DNA of 248,000 bases, from positions 20,001 to 268,000 of the forward strand of contig NW_008806277.1 in NCBI RefSeq assembly GCF_000400465.1, given 5' to 3'. Both the position numbers and the translations under genes were made by a program. A model generated the notes under the pieces. The model was not told the DNA's origin and did not search any database. It worked only from the letters and a program-made list of their open reading frames with translations. This DNA comes from Wallemia ichthyophaga EXF-994. Taxonomy: Eukaryota > Fungi > Basidiomycota. Positions 142,144-156,452 of the stretch are shown here, piece by piece; position 1 is the stretch's first letter; every line of letters starts with the position of its first letter.

Positions 142144-144140
142144 TGTTGCTCCTTGTAAGCATGTATGCGATGCCCTTTGTTGTTTGTCTGTCTTTTGACT
142201 ACATATAAATGTCTTTTTCTTTCTATTTGGTTTGCTCAGCTCACCTCCCGAATTTAATGTCATGCTTTTGATCCAGAATTCAGGAATCGTGTGGTATTTG
142301 AGATTAAGACACTCTGATAACATTCTCGAGTCCTGAATGATACATCTTTATATCACTTCACGCTTATTCGCGGGCTTGATATACCTCACCGATGACTTCA
142401 AGACGTGTTTGTGAAATGAGAGGACACTTGAAGTATTTCTTTGGACTTTCAGACGCGTGTAGCAGTATAAATTATTCGATTAAATTGAATGTGCTCAAGG
142501 CACCCTAAAAATGACCAAGTGTACGCCATTAGCTGCGTGACTAGGAACGAGGGTATCCGGGTTCGTGAAACACAAAAACATAGAACGCTACAAAACGCTA
142601 GCAACAGTAAATCTAAAGAAAATCGTCAAAATCCTTGTGGAACTATAAGCTACATAATGATACCAATTGTTCGACTTCATGGTCGCGCACTCGTCAAACA
142701 TTTCATTTTTGGCCTGAAGGAGGAAAAGGTTAGCGAAGGGTTCAGCGTGTAGCTTTAAGACATTGTTTATATTCAAGAGCTAATGGCTAATGGCTAGACA
142801 ACCAATTAATCGTTGCTATTCAAATGACGTCGCAAATCATAGAGATAATGCGAAGAATTGCATAGTAAGGCGCCTTAGTGGTTTAAATGGAACAAAAGAG
142901 TGCTTCCAGCTGATCGCTCTTGCATGAGCCTAATCATGTAATCATCTACACATCATCTACGCGCATCATTGCAAAAATATTTGAGGATTACAAATGGTGA
143001 TTATTTGCAGTAAATTCTCAAACAATGTGTCCGAAATAAGCTGATGCCTTCCCTAGAAGTGAGTGGGCTGGAGCTATTTTTTATCAAACAATGCACTATC
143101 AACTGAAAAATGTAAAACAAATCCGAGACAGATTATTGAGTGTTATTAATAATTGTTGATAATTTTAACAATTATCTCATGTATACACTCTATGCAAATG
143201 CAATAAGTCGCTATTGTGTGGGGCGAGAGTGGGGGCAGACCTAAGAGCGTCTTTGTTTTCATCGTATTTCATAATTAAGCTTCATAAATTTTGCAACTGT
143301 GTAATATTATGCTCATGAAGTGAGATAGTATCTTTACTCGATCATTTCTCCCACTTACTTGAACCACCACCATGCGACTTCAAGAACTACCACACGATGT
143401 TATTGTAGAAATTTTCAGCTAACTCGATGGTGACGACCGGTACATGCTACGCTTCTTCAGCAGTATTTTATACAACGCAATCCCAAAGTCGCAAGTGTTG
143501 ATGCTTACAGGGCCGCGTTCGAAATCCGTTGAATTCGTCACACTAGCCGAGGCAGATGAGTTGCTCTTCTTAAGCAACGTATTAAGGAACAAAAAAAAAC
143601 ATCGGAAAGAACAGTGTACGTCATCTGCCTTTAAAAAAAAAAGGCAGGCTAATTGTTTGTCGGGGGAGAAGAGCTCAAAGCTATACAAAAGAGTGTTAGA
143701 GCCATAAAGAATCGATAATTCCTCTATGCATGCCCGCCAGATGGCTCACAAAAGATATTACCGAGGTGTCTTGGATCCTCGTGAAAGATATTGCTCTACC
143801 ACGACCACACTTGAAGAATAATTCATCGCAGATGCAGATGAAGACGGATAGAGTGACAAATATATAGGCTAGTATATATACGTTGATTTAGATGAGATGT
143901 ATCACTTCGAAGTGATGGAATTGGAAGATGACTTACGAGAGCATTGCTTGGAGGATTTTGATGGTGATGTTTATTTTGACTGAGTTTTAAACATCTTTGA
144001 TACCAAGTTTTGTCTTCATATCAAACCATGTTGTAGACAATTTGTAGATAATTTTAATGATTAGGGAGTAAAAAGTTATACATCTGTTTTTAGAATACAA
144101 TTATATATATCTCGTGCGGAGTGCGTTGTGGTATTTGACT

Positions 144141-145745
144141 TCAGATGACGCCATCTAGTTGATTAGCGAAATCAAAGTCGTCAAAGCTGTCACTGTGGTT
144201 ATCACTGGGGGTGTCTTTATCGAGGGAGTCAAGGTCGTCGGAGGTGTTGTCGGTTCTATGTCGCTTGGGAGTATCCGAGTTGGATTGGTTGTTAGTGTGA
144301 CTGTGCAAATCCTGCTCATCTATGCTTGGAGGTGTAGAACTCTTGCGAGATCTTTTCTTAGTGTTCTCTTTAACCTCCTCTCCTTTCTCTTCCTCGGCGC
144401 TGTCCTCATTAAGGAAATCTTCGAGCTCCTGATCGGCGGTATCCCAATCGACATGATCGGTAGTAGGTTTATCATTGAAACTTTGCACCTGTTTTGGCCA
144501 TTTAGGTCGAGAGTGTGAATCGAGATAGTAAGAATCCTCTTTACGACATTCCCACAAATTACACGAATCGATGAGCCACTGAGGGGTAACGACATGAGCG
144601 ACATCCTCCCGTCTCGCTTCGTCTACTTTAGCAGTACCCTTTTTAGCAGCGACGACGTGTGTGATGGCGGAGGAGTAGGTAGTGTGTACTTGTGCGCCAT
144701 ATCGCACGGCGAGGTGGTACAGAGGGCTGTGTTCGATGTGTGCACCGAGTGGGACGACTGCGCTGAATAACAAATGCACTCCGCGTAGCACTAGACGTTG
144801 CATGTGGGGGATTATCTCGGCGACGTCTGGATCATCGCCCGCGTTACGGTATGTGTAGTATGTAGAATGGATTTGGCGGAGAATGCGTAAAAGACGAGGG
144901 AGTTCAGCGTCGGGAGTGCGAGAGAGGAGTTGACGATGCTCCCTTTGTCGCTGGGCGAGTGGACGTTGATTGGCTTGTTGGGAGAGAGAGAGGTTGTGGT
145001 GATCACGATGGTCACTATCCTCACCCCCCTTCTCGCCAACCTCTTCATCAAAGTGAACCTCCTCCTCACCGGCGTTTATATCACCTATACCAACGAAGAA
145101 TTCAAAAGGGTTGCATTTGACAAGGTTTGGAGAATCAGACCAGACATCAGCGCGGTCATCGATAATGACACACATGGAAGTGTCGGTGGGGAAGAGGCGG
145201 AGGAGGGATTTAGAGGTGAAGCTACCAGAGTCATCGCGGGTGAGGATACGTTCAGAGAATAAGGAGCCGGTGGGGTCAATAAGTTGACATACTGCAGCAG
145301 CGTAAGACTTGGTTCCCATAGTGTAGACGTGTAGTTCGTATAGGTGGTTGAGTTCATGTAGGAAATCGATCAAACCGGGTCTGAATTTGACAAAGTAGGA
145401 GCAGCTTTGATTGAGAGGAGTGAAGTCATCTAATTTGAACTTGTGAATGTCGTCTAAGGCACCAGGATAGACCAAGGAAGGATCATCCAACCAGGATTGA
145501 ACAGTTGGGTCAACAGTGGCGTGAATTACAGTCTGATCGAGATCGACGATTAAGCTGAGCTTGGATGATTTTAATAGGGAATGCTTTGAGCGTGTGGAAA
145601 TCCGTTTAGCTTCGTCGTAGGTGACGGTGAGATTTGCGGTGGAGTGGGAGATGTGAAGAGAGTTGTTTACAGTGGAAGTAATATCTATACCACAGACAGC
145701 ACATAAACCAGCTAATTGTACAGGATGTGTACATGGATCAGACAT
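144141..145745 (-). CDS. FCP1: RNAPII CTD phosphatase Fcp1
   Basis: DLDQT motif, BRCT domain. Confidence 0.9.
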   Translation of the reverse strand: MSDPCTHPVQLAGLCAVCGIDITSTVNNSLHISHSTANLTVTYDEAKRISTRSKHSLLKSSKLSLIVDLDQTVIHATVDPTVQSWLDDPSLVYPGALDDIHKFKLDDFTPLNQSCSYFVKFRPGLIDFLHELNHLYELHVYTMGTKSYAAAVCQLIDPTGSLFSERILTRDDSGSFTSKSLLRLFPTDTSMCVIIDDRADVWSDSPNLVKCNPFEFFVGIGDINAGEEEVHFDEEVGEKGGEDSDHRDHHNLSLSQQANQRPLAQRQREHRQLLSRTPDAELPRLLRILRQIHSTYYTYRNAGDDPDVAEIIPHMQRLVLRGVHLLFSAVVPLGAHIEHSPLYHLAVRYGAQVHTTYSSAITHVVAAKKGTAKVDEARREDVAHVVTPQWLIDSCNLWECRKEDSYYLDSHSRPKWPKQVQSFNDKPTTDHVDWDTADQELEDFLNEDSAEEEKGEEVKENTKKRSRKSSTPPSIDEQDLHSHTNNQSNSDTPKRHRTDNTSDDLDSLDKDTPSDNHSDSFDDFDFANQLDGVI

Positions 145746-145785
145746 GGTTGTTGGTTAAATAGGAACATTCAAGTAAAATTGAAGG

Positions 145786-146077
145786 AAATGGAGAAATTAG
145801 AAGTCAATGATGGCCAAGAGAGGGTTGGTGGGTGGGTGGTATTAGAAATATTCTAATCTCACCAACCACAGCAAATCTCCTCAATAATCTCGATAAGGAT
145901 AAGAAGCAGGAGGAGTTTAGGAGAGGTGGTGGTTTGCCTGAATCTAGTGCATTAGACAGGGTGAAGGAGTTTCTGCCTGAGATGAAAAAATCCAATGAAA
146001 GTACGTTAAAGAGTATGGAGGATGTGGGTGAAGAGGATAAGCATATAGAGATGAATATATATAAACCATCTATTTGA
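145786..146077 (+). CDS. Small DUF4598/NOPCHAP1-like protein
   Basis: PESSALDRVKEFLPEMKKSN. Confidence 0.5.
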
Positions 146078-146837
146078 ATTTGTGTATCAAGTATTTAGAT
146101 TTAAGTAGGTTGTAAACGAGGCTGTTGAGTGGGTGTGGCTGGTTGAGTTCATTGGCAATGTCCACTATGAAACCACTGAGGAAGTTGATGTCTGGATATC
146201 GGTGTTGTTTAATTTGCAAGTCAAGGTGGTTGTGAGCGTGTTTATTGGTGAATATACAGTCACTCCCCAGTCTTCTATTTGTGGAATGGATTAGATTGTT
146301 AGTTAGTAATTTTGAAGGGAATGTTAAACTCCTATTGAGGTAATAGTGGTGGAATATATTCGAAGATTCCTGTATTATGTCGTGCAGTAGCACCTTTGAA
146401 GGGATAGTCGTTGTTAGACTGGGTAGACTGGTGTTTAGTAGAGTGGATATGGACTGAATAGCTGAGTGGATGATTATATTCTCAATAGACGTTGCCTCTA
146501 GTTGATCTATATTGGTTGAAGGGATCGCCAAATCCAACTGATTATCACCGTGTATCCGTGTAAGTGTGTTGTTGTACTCAATGAATAGCGTATAATTGAT
146601 ATTACTACTTCTCAATAAATTGTAATAGACTCCCAAGTAATTTATACTGTTAACCACCACGCTACTCCCATCCACCCTACTATTCCCATCCAATGCCTTG
146701 TAAATGCTAGTCAAACTTGAATTTAAATAGAGTACATCAATTCTATTGTAATTCATTAGCGATGACTTGTAATTTACCCCTGTTAAATTCATTTTTTTAA
146801 AATTCTTGGATAACCTTCCAATCCTATGTAAATTCAT
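146070..146837 (-). CDS. Hypothetical protein
   Basis: Intronless 255-aa AT-rich ORF. Confidence 0.55.
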   Translation of the reverse strand: MNLHRIGRLSKNFKKMNLTGVNYKSSLMNYNRIDVLYLNSSLTSIYKALDGNSRVDGSSVVVNSINYLGVYYNLLRSSNINYTLFIEYNNTLTRIHGDNQLDLAIPSTNIDQLEATSIENIIIHSAIQSISTLLNTSLPSLTTTIPSKVLLHDIIQESSNIFHHYYLNRSLTFPSKLLTNNLIHSTNRRLGSDCIFTNKHAHNHLDLQIKQHRYPDINFLSGFIVDIANELNQPHPLNSLVYNLLKSKYLIHKFK

Positions 146838-146845
146838 CTTGGTCG

Positions 146846-149800
146846 TTGTCCACTATGTCGATGCACAAGGATAGATTTGAGGCTATTAGAGATGGCAGGG
146901 ATATTGACAATCCTGTCATTTCTAATGTGCTGGGAAGTGCCAACCCTTCAACCACCTTGAAATCCCTCCACCTCCAATCCAACCAAAGGATTTCAACTAA
147001 ATTTCTAACTTGCCCTTCAAATTTAATAGCCTGGTCTATTAACGGGGAGTATCTATTTATTGCCAATGAATCCTCTATTGATATCTTTAACCACTCCACT
147101 TTAATCCATTCCATCAACAACGCACACAACTCAAAGATCACCTCCATTCAAACACTCCACTACGATCCACACAAGATTATCACCGCTGGCTTAGACGGTG
147201 CTATCATCCTCTGGGATATCCTTGAATCCACTCCCATCAAGCACATCACCTACCACTCCCCAATCACTCACCTACTCGTCCACCAGAATTCCTCCGGCAG
147301 ACGCCAATCTACCATATTTATCACCCTAAACAAGCTGGCTGCCAGGTCCAAGGCCGCCGACGGCTCTGATCGTCCCCCTGTCATCAATTCCATCTACTAC
147401 AAGCTCATTTGGCCCCACTCGGCTTCTTCCAACTCTAAACTCCATTCCACTCTCCTCGGCCAATCCCGCCCTCCTACTTCCATCTCAGTCGATGACAACC
147501 TCCTCATCGCCCAGTGCGCCAGGAAGACCAATGTCTCACACCACAACGTGCATTCCTCCCACAGGAACGCTTTTGTTAAATTTATAAGTGGTGAAAAGCA
147601 CAATTTGTGTACTGTCGATCCTTTGAAGCAGTTTTTTGTCACCTCGGAAGCAAATTCCGGTAAAATTCACCTCTGGCCCTACAACAAGCTAGATGAGATG
147701 AAGGCGATGAAACCACAGACGGCGCCAGACTGGCACGGAGGGTACCAGAACAACTGTCCGACCGAGATTCTTCACTGGCACGCCAACGCTGTCCGAGCGC
147801 TTACATTCACCCCTCAAGGCTCTTTCCTCCTCTCTGGCGGTGAAGAGGGAGTACTGGTTCGCTGGCACATCCGTCAGCAAGGGGGGAGGTTAACGAAGCG
147901 CGACTATCTCCCTCGTCTTGGCGCTCCTATCGTCTCCATCACCTGCCACGACGAATCGCGCTGGGTGGTCGGGCTCGCTGATTCCACCAAGCTCTTCGTT
148001 GACGGTGCGCAATGGCGCGTAGAGCATGCTATACGTGGCGTACTTGTACCAAATGTGGACACAAGCTCTGATACTCCCCTTACCGTCACTCCCTCTCCTC
148101 ACAACGTCATCCTCCCCTCCTCGAACCCCGCCGTGCTGCAGGTGTACGATATGGCGTCGAATAGCACAAACGAGCTTGAGGTCTCCCCTACTAATAGGAT
148201 TCAGGGTAGATATGCTGATGGTGATGCTCCGCGCGTTCTCCAGGCCATTACTGCGAGTGGGTGGCTCGCGACGCGCGATGAAGCTGCCGTTAAAATTTGG
148301 CAAGTCGTTGATGGACGTTACACGCTCAACACTCGCATTGATAAGCCGCACGGGGGCTATGCTGTGACTGGAATTGCCTGGAGTGGGAGTGGGAGTGGGA
148401 GCGTCAGTGAAAGTAACACCAACACACCACCCACCCTCGCCACCGTCGGCACCGACCGTAAATGTCGTCTATGGCTTGCCGAGCCGCTCGAGCATCGTCC
148501 GCGAGCTTTGGGAAAGATCAAGAGTGTAATCCGGGAAGGCCAAGGTGAGTGGGGTGTTTTAGATGCGTGCAGAGCTTATCACTTACTTGCCCATGCGTAA
148601 CCACACAGTCTCATACTCTCTTTTCGCCACTGTGCACTACAAAGATGAATGTATCAAACAGATACTCTTCTCACCCGACAGCTCACTCATGGTGCTCGTC
148701 CATGAAGGAGCTCTATCGCTGTGGGATCCTACAGCCGTGCATAGTGGTCGTAATGCCCCGTCTTTCCTTAAAGTACTCCCAGGTGAAGGCCTCGCACTTG
148801 ACGAGGCTGTCTTTGCAGGTGCTAGCCATATCGCTGTGCGCGCTACGGCTGGTAAGAGAGATGCCAGTCATGGTGTGTGTGTGGTGTACGATTTGACTAG
148901 TTGTGAATGTGAGTTGGATTTGGATTACAAGTTGGAGTTAGCGGTTTCACTCATTCTAACACATTCATACTCACAGGTATCTACTCCCACTCATTCGTCT
149001 ACTCCACTCCGCAAATACTCGCTCATCCTTCCCTCCCCGCCTTCGCTGTTATGTCAGGTGCTACACGCCCACGCATGCATAGCGAGCACGATTCTGCGGC
149101 ACTCGAGCGCGAGAAAGTGATCAGTAGAAGTGCAGTATGTACGCAAATGACGACGTTTAGTGTGGGCGTCGGTGAGGGTGTTGTTAAACGACACGTTGCA
149201 GAATTCGATAACACCTACTTTAAGTATGCCGTCTTGCCTGAAGAGGTGGTGAGCAATTTGACCAACAACCACAACACTGACAAAGACACCAACACACACA
149301 CACACTCACCAGCATTCAACCTCATCGGCCTCGCTACCACTCACGACCAGGGCACGCGCGGTGAGCGCGACTCCTCCACACCGGCGCTGGGTAGTAGGGG
149401 AGCAGTGCTGATTGGTGCGGATGCAGCCAAGATGGATCTGCGTAGGGGAGATGGTGGATCTAAAGACAAGAAAAAGACACCAACGAGCAGCATGTTCGAA
149501 GAAATCTTTGGCCGTTTCGATGAACATGTCTTGCAGGCTGAGAAGAGGGCAGCGGGTGAATCTGACGCTGACACACACGCAAATACCTTGGTCAGCTCCT
149601 CTAACACCCCCTCTAACTCAGTCAAACACCTCTTTGACGGCCCTGCTCACCTCCTTCCTGGACCGCAGATGATGTATGGAGACTTTTTGAGCACGTGCCT
149701 GCCCAAACGTGCGCGGGACGGCGGCGACAGCGATACTGCCACATCCACCTCTGTACTGTGGGATGCGCATGGGATGGACAGTGAAAGCAAAGAGGGAGTT

Positions 149801-149917
149801 GATGTGGATATGCACACGGGTAATCAAGCTACCAACACTCATCCACCACCTTCCAACCGCCAGATCGGAAGCGCGGAGGTAAAAGCGATGAGTGAAATGT
149901 TCAAGGAGGTTGTATAG
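146846..149917 (+). CDS. UTP17: U3 processome WD40 protein Utp17/Nan1/WDR75
   Basis: LHWHANAV, SGGEEGVLVRW, LPRLGAPI. Confidence 0.82.
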
Positions 149918-150025
149918 AGTGTCAGATAAGTTAAACTTGTGAATTAAATGAATAAAAATGTATAGATGCTGGTAAATTATTCGATTACCTTGAATATTCC
150001 TTGTCTTCTCACTGTCATCGTCATC

Positions 150026-151987
150026 ATGGCCAATACGACTCACGACGATCTCGCCACTAAGCTGCTGACGCTTATCAACGTCTCTGCTAGTCGCTCAGAC
150101 ACTCCCAAGCGCATACGTTTAGATGCCCCCGCGGGTGAAAAACTCGGTAAGAAGAAGAGATTATCCACTGGCAGCGAAGGCGATGCACAGCAAGTGGATG
150201 CAGAGCTAGCAAGTGAGGACATGGATAAAGATAACAGCCTTGAAAATGCACCTGAGAATCCCCCCGATAATGCACCCGACGACGACGACGACGAAGAGAG
150301 CAAAGACACCCTCTACACGCACTTCGGCGTCTCACCTACAAGACTCACCGATGAGAATATCTCCAAAGCTACAGAGAAGCAGTGGTCCTTGAAGCACTCC
150401 ACCAACACCCTAGGCAGGTGCACTGAGTACTGCGTCGATGACACAGGCAAGGACAACCAGAATGTTTTTGTCAGTCCCAAGTTTGCTAATAAGGGCGACA
150501 CACACCTCCTCAACCTCCTCGGCAGCTACAAGGATGTCTTTGCGAACCACCTCAGCCATTCTGAGAACGAGAGCATGCGCGGTTCCCTGACGCTGCATAT
150601 GCACAACCATCTCCTCAGGTGGGTGATATTCGATACGTCTTAACTCAGCTAATCTCCCCCAAGAACTCGCCGTCGTGTGCTCAAGAACAATGAGAAACTT
150701 GCGCACTTCCATGCACAAGAGAACGATAAACAAGACCCACAAGACCAGCAAGATGCTCCCGAATGCCTCGACCAAGGATTCACCCGTCCAAAAGTCCTCA
150801 TCCTCACCCCTTTCCGCAACACGGCGCTTGCTTGGCTCAAGGACCTCATAGCACACTCCCCAACTTCCCAGACAGACAACAAAGCGAGACTTTTCCAGGA
150901 GTTCTCCCTGCCTAAAGATGCAATTGACAAGATCGCCCAAGCACCTCCAGGCACCTACCCAGAAGACCATGTGAAAACTTTCGTCGGAAACATTGACGAT
151001 AATTTTAAAATTGGTTTGAAACTCACACGTAAGTCGTTCAAGCCGTATGCGGATTTTTACTCTTCGGATATCATCCTCGCTTCTCCACTAGGTCTGAAGC
151101 TGGCGATGGAGAAGACGAGCGACACGGACTACCTGTCGTCGATAGAGATGGTTGTTGGTGATCAGCTGGATGTAATAGCGATGCAGAACTGGCAACATCT
151201 CACGGATATCTTTGCCTCCCTCAACGCCATCCCGAGAGATGGTCATGGGTGCGATTTCGCTAGAGTCAAACCGTGGTATCTCGACAATAAAGCCAAGTTC
151301 CTTCGTCAGTCTGTTTTCTTGTCGGCTTATGAAATACCAGAAATGCGCAGCTTGTTTGGTAGACATTGTCATAACGTAGAGGGGAAAGTGCGCACTGAGA
151401 CACGCTACGGAGGTGTCTTAGGTGGAGTTAGTGGTGGTATAAAGCAATCATTCTACAGATTTGACGTAGATTCTCTCCTAGATGAACCTGATAATCGTTT
151501 TGCAATGTTCATCAACAAATCCCTTCCCGCTTTGCAAAAGTCGGCAGTATCGTCCTCTCACACACTTGTCTTCGTAAGCTCCTACTTTGATTTCGTGCGC
151601 GTGCGCAACCATCTCAAGGCGACTGGTGTCAATTACGCTGCTTTGAGTGAATACTCAACTAACAAGGAGATATCACGTGTGCGTGGTGCTTTCTTTAGGA
151701 ATGAAGTCTCTTTCCTCCTCCTCACTGAACGGTTTCACTTCTTTAGACGGTACAGAATCAGAGGTGCGTTGACATCCTTCTTCTACAGCCTCCCGGACCA
151801 TGCTGCGTTTTATCCAGAGATTGTCAATATGGGACTCGACGAGAGCAAGGGAATCGATGAGAGTGATTTGCAGTCTATCGCTCTATACTCTAACTCTGAT
151901 TTTCTCAAGTTGCAGCGCATCGTTGGTTCTACTGACGCTGCTTTGATGGTTAAGCAGGGTACGGATGATAGATATTCGTATAATTAG
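150026..151987 (+). CDS. UTP25: U3 snoRNA-associated protein Utp25
   Basis: DQGFTRPKVLIL, DDNFKIG, TERFHFFRRY. Confidence 0.9.
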
Positions 151988-152025
151988 ATTATGTACAGGC
152001 TATTATTTATCGTATAGACTAATAT

Positions 152026-152640
152026 TCATTTTATACTTTTACTATTTAAATTACTCCATATATCCCTCCAAAACCCTCTCAATATGCGTATAGAGAAGAC
152101 CATCTGTGATATCATGCAATTGCTCCGGTGAGAGATTAGAAAGGACATATCTAGCAACATCGCGCTTATCACCTGGTCTACCAATACCAATTCGTAGTCT
152201 ATCAAAGTCGAGGGATTGTTTGAGATACTGTGAGAGTGATTTGATGCCGTTATGACCGTTGGCCGATCCGCCATGTTTGATGGAGAGCTGTTAACAGTTT
152301 GTGAGTGTGTGCGTATATGTATTCTCACCACACTACGCACCTTCCCCCATTCCCGCTGCAGGTCATCATGCAAGACGAGTACACGGCGTGCGTTGACATG
152401 CTCGCAGTAGCGTGCCAGGCTTTTTCCACAGACGTTCATCAGCTGGTGGCTGTATATGAGGTCTGTGTGGCTGTTTATATGCGTGTAGCTGACTCCGTGC
152501 TTGGTGTTGCTGTTCCACTGCAGATGTCGCCGCTGGGCTAAGTGCTTAAGGACGAGCTGGCCCACTGAGTGGAATGTGCGCGGGTGCGTCGCATTGCCTA
152601 AGCCTGCAATTACGGTTTTCTCGGCTGTGGGCATATTCAC
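152026..152640 (-). CDS. PTH1: Peptidyl-tRNA hydrolase
   Basis: IAGLGN, HSVG, VLHDDL, RIRIG. Confidence 0.8.
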   Translation of the reverse strand: MNMPTAEKTVIAGLGNATHPRTFHSVGQLVLKHLAQRRHLQWNSNTKHGVSYTHINSHTDLIYSHQLMNVCGKSLARYCEHVNARRVLVLHDDLQREWGKVRSVVRIHIRTHSQTVNSSPSNMADRPTVITASNHSHSISNNPSTLIDYELVLVDQVISAMLLDMSFLISHRSNCMISQMVFSIRILRGFWRDIWSNLNSKSIK

Positions 152641-152669
152641 CGTCTTCACCGCCAACACCCACCACCAAT

Positions 152670-154536
152670 ATGGCAGCGCTCGATGCTGACTTTATAAGAT
152701 TTGACGGGAGCGACGGGAGCGACGAGGAGATCAGCGGGAATAAGAGGACTTATGAAGATGTGGAGGGTGGTGTCGGCAATTCAGCCACTCCAGCGACCAC
152801 TTCCACCACTTGCACACCTTCCAAACACCCAAAAGGCGAAAATGGGAAATCTAGGAAAGAAATCGAAAAACAGCGTTCAAAGAAAGCGCCCTGGATGGCA
152901 GACGTTGATTGGGAAGGCTGTCGAACAGCACCAGAGATGTGAGTTTCAAGTTGAAGTTTTTCAGGTTGAAACTCACCACTTACATCACTCCCACTCCCCC
153001 AGGCTACACAGAGAAGTAGACGCTTTCACTCGCTTTATCAGCCCTTCGGTTATCGAACACAAGACACGCGAGTACACCATAGAGTGCATACGCAGGTGCA
153101 TCACCTCTAGATGGTCCGATGCCCATGTCTTTGCTTTCGGCAGCTTCGAAACTCGTCTCTACCTCCCCGATGGCGATATAGATCTTGTCGTTATGCGCAA
153201 ATCAGTCAACCAATACAACAAACAGTCAATGCTACACACCATGGCCAGTATTCTCCGCCAAGCAAACCTCGCACAGAGTATACAAGTCATTTCTAAAGCC
153301 AGAGTGCCTATTATTAAGTTCCAGTCATCATTCGGTGGTTATCCCATTGATATCTCACTTAATCAGACAAACGGTGTGGATGCGGGGAGGATGGTGAACG
153401 ATATCCTCGACAAGTACCCCGCTGCTAGACCCCTTTCCATTCTCCTCAAATGCTTCCTCGCTCAACGCAGCATGAACGAGGTCTATACCGGCGGCGTCAG
153501 CTCGTATGCTGTCATATGTCTCGTCGTCAGCTTTTTACAGATGCATCCTAAAGTGAGGCGAGGTGACATCGACCCTCTCAACAATCTCGGTGTACTTATT
153601 GTCGATCTGCTCGAACTTTATGGAAGGAATTTTAACTACGATAACACCGGCATCGCTATTGAGGGATCTGGCTACTACTTCTCCAAGTCAAGTAGAGGTT
153701 GGCATCAGTATGGCCAGCCGTACCTCCTTTGCATACAGGATCCACAGGATGTCGGCAATGACATCAGCAAAGGCTCGTTCAATATACTCAACGTGCGCAA
153801 GGTGATCGCCGGTGCATACGATATGCTCACCAATAAACTTTACGCTCAGGCAAGTGAAATTGACGCTAAGAAGACCGGCCGCCATCTCAGTCTTAGAGAT
153901 GAAGTGGAAGTGAAGGATGAAGAGAAGAGTTTGCTGTTGAGTTTTATGGGTATTTCTCAACTCGTGCTGAATAAGAGGAGAGTTACAATTGATCTCTATC
154001 AGAAGGGTATCCTCCAGCGCTATCTGAATCTACCACCCCCTGAAAAAGACGTGGATTTGAGCGTGAAGAGCGTGCCGAATAGAGTGTCGAATGGAACTAG
154101 TGCGGTAAATGATAGTAGCCCAATTAAACCCAAACATAAGGTATTCCCTGAGGACGACGAGGGTGAAGGTGACAACAGCGTAATTGACATACTCGATAAG
154201 GATAGAGAGGATGATGACTCGCGCTATTTACACGTACAAGCCAGTAGATCGGGATCTAACAAGCGTCCGCGCAGCAAAATCAGTAAGACGGATAAAGCAC
154301 CGACGTCTCAACTCCATTTCGTTGATTCATCGGAAGACTCCGATGTGGAGATTGTAGAGAAGACAGATAAACAGGCAGGCACACGTGGCACGCGGGAGCA
154401 AAGCAAGCAAACCAAAAAAAGTCAACCAGAACGACCAGTGAAAAAACAGAGACGTGAATCAAACGAACAAAGAAACTCAAGGTACGAGTACTGGGGGAAA
154501 AAAGGCAAGTCTATAGATATATCAGACAGTAACTAG
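152670..154536 (+). CDS. PAP2: TRAMP poly(A) polymerase Trf4/5
   Basis: FGSFETRLYLP.GDIDL, KARVPIIK, NEVYTGG. Confidence 0.88.
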
Positions 154537-154679
154537 GCTTGTGATATAGATATTGTTATTTATCTTTATATTTATATTTGTTGTAAAAATTATTATCTTT
154601 CGTTCATCCCGCACGACATTCAACCATACGACGCCAAGTGTGTTGTATGCTAAATAGGGCCTGTAGACTTATACTACGA

Positions 154680-156364
154680 ATGAGCACGTCACCCGCATAC
154701 AAGAAACAGAAAGTTGAAGTTGCATTGGAGAAGCCGGAGATAGCAACGGCAGCAACGCCGGCAATATCGCCAGCAACAACGCAAATAACCCAACAGCCAA
154801 ACCACCCACCAAATAAACCCCCTAAAAAGGACAAGGCTGTAAAACAACAGGAGAAATACACAAAGCTTCAGCGCAAAGCCAAGAAGCAGGCAGTCGCATC
154901 CGGTGGACCTGAGGAAAATATATTTCTCGATGTCAAAGCAATGCTTGGTGAAAGCGTGGTAGATGAGCTCATAAAGAGCGATCAGTGTTTAGATGGTGGC
155001 TTTGAATTCGGTACGCAGCTACAGGTTGAAATTTCCTCAATCTCAAGCTCAGGCGATGGATTAGCTATCGTACCAGAAAATAATTGGGTTATTGCCGTTC
155101 CATTCTGTCTCCCAGGAGAGAAGGTACTCGCTAGAGTATACAGAAACTCATTCTGTCACTCATACGCTGATCTTGTTAGTGTACTCGATAAGAGGGAGAG
155201 CTGGAGAGACGAATCGAATATCAGCTGCAAGTATTTCGGCAGCTGCTCTGGATGTCAGTATCAAATGATTCCTTACCAGAGACAGCTCCTACTCAAACAA
155301 CGCGTCGTTGAAAAGGCTTACCAGAGGTTCTCACAACTTCCTTCACCCGCCATACCGACTATACTGCCTACAATCGCATCACCCAAGCAATACAATTACA
155401 GAACAAAGATTACTCCACATTTTCAAGCTGCCCCGAAAAGCGCTGGTAATGATTTTAATCCAGATATTGGTTTCGATATGAAAGGTCGTCGTGTAACACT
155501 GGATATCGAGGAGTGCCCTATCGCTACTGAAACTCTCAATGTAGGTATGCAACCTGCGAGAGCTAAAGTGAAGGAAACGATAAAGTCTTACAAAAGAGGA
155601 GCTACGTTGTTGTTGCGTGATTCTATGACACGTCCTGAAAATGCTGCGGATGCTACAAAAACTGATATCCCACCCGCTGATATGAGCACAATCAACCCCG
155701 ACGATAGAGAGTGTATTACGGATCACAAGCGCATCACGAGGGAGATTGTCGGCGACAAGTTGTTTGAATTCACTGCTGGCTCTTTCTTCCAGAACAACTC
155801 TAGCATACTCGTGCCCCTCACGCAGTACGTGTTGGATGCACTCCCGGAGAAAGGAGAGGAACCGATGTACCTAGTCGATACGTACTGTGGAGCCGGTCTG
155901 TTTTCTATATGTCTACATGAACGGTTTGATAAGGTTGCCGGTATTGAGATTTCGCAGCAATCAATACAATACGCCAAGCATAACGTCAAGTTGAATGGAC
156001 TAGATGAAAACAAGATTTCATTCAGGGTTGGAAAATCGGAAGCTATTTTTGACGTCGTGGGTGATTTACCACCTGCTAACACATCAGTCATTATCGATCC
156101 ACCTCGTAAAGGATGTGACGATGCTTTCATAACTCAGCTGAAAGACTTCAAACCTCATCGCGTCGTTTATGTGTCGTGTAACGTTCACACACAGGCTAGG
156201 GATGTGGGTAAATTGTGCGGTGATGATGGCCCATATTCCATTGAGAGTTTGAGAGGGTGCGTGGGGTATTTAATGGCTGCTCTTTCTCATAATAACTATA
156301 CAGATTTGATCTTTTCCCTCAAACAAGTCATGTCGAGGGTGTTGCCGTTCTTAAGCTCAAGTAG
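154680..156364 (+). CDS. TRM2: tRNA (U54)-methyltransferase
   Basis: SFFQNN, DTYCGAGLF, DPPRKG, YVSCN. Confidence 0.9.
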
Positions 156365-156452
156365 ATTGTAATACCATTGCACAGCACACGGAAGCATACG
156401 ACTAGCGCTTATTTATTGAAAAAAAGAGTGACAATAGTTTGATATACTGAAC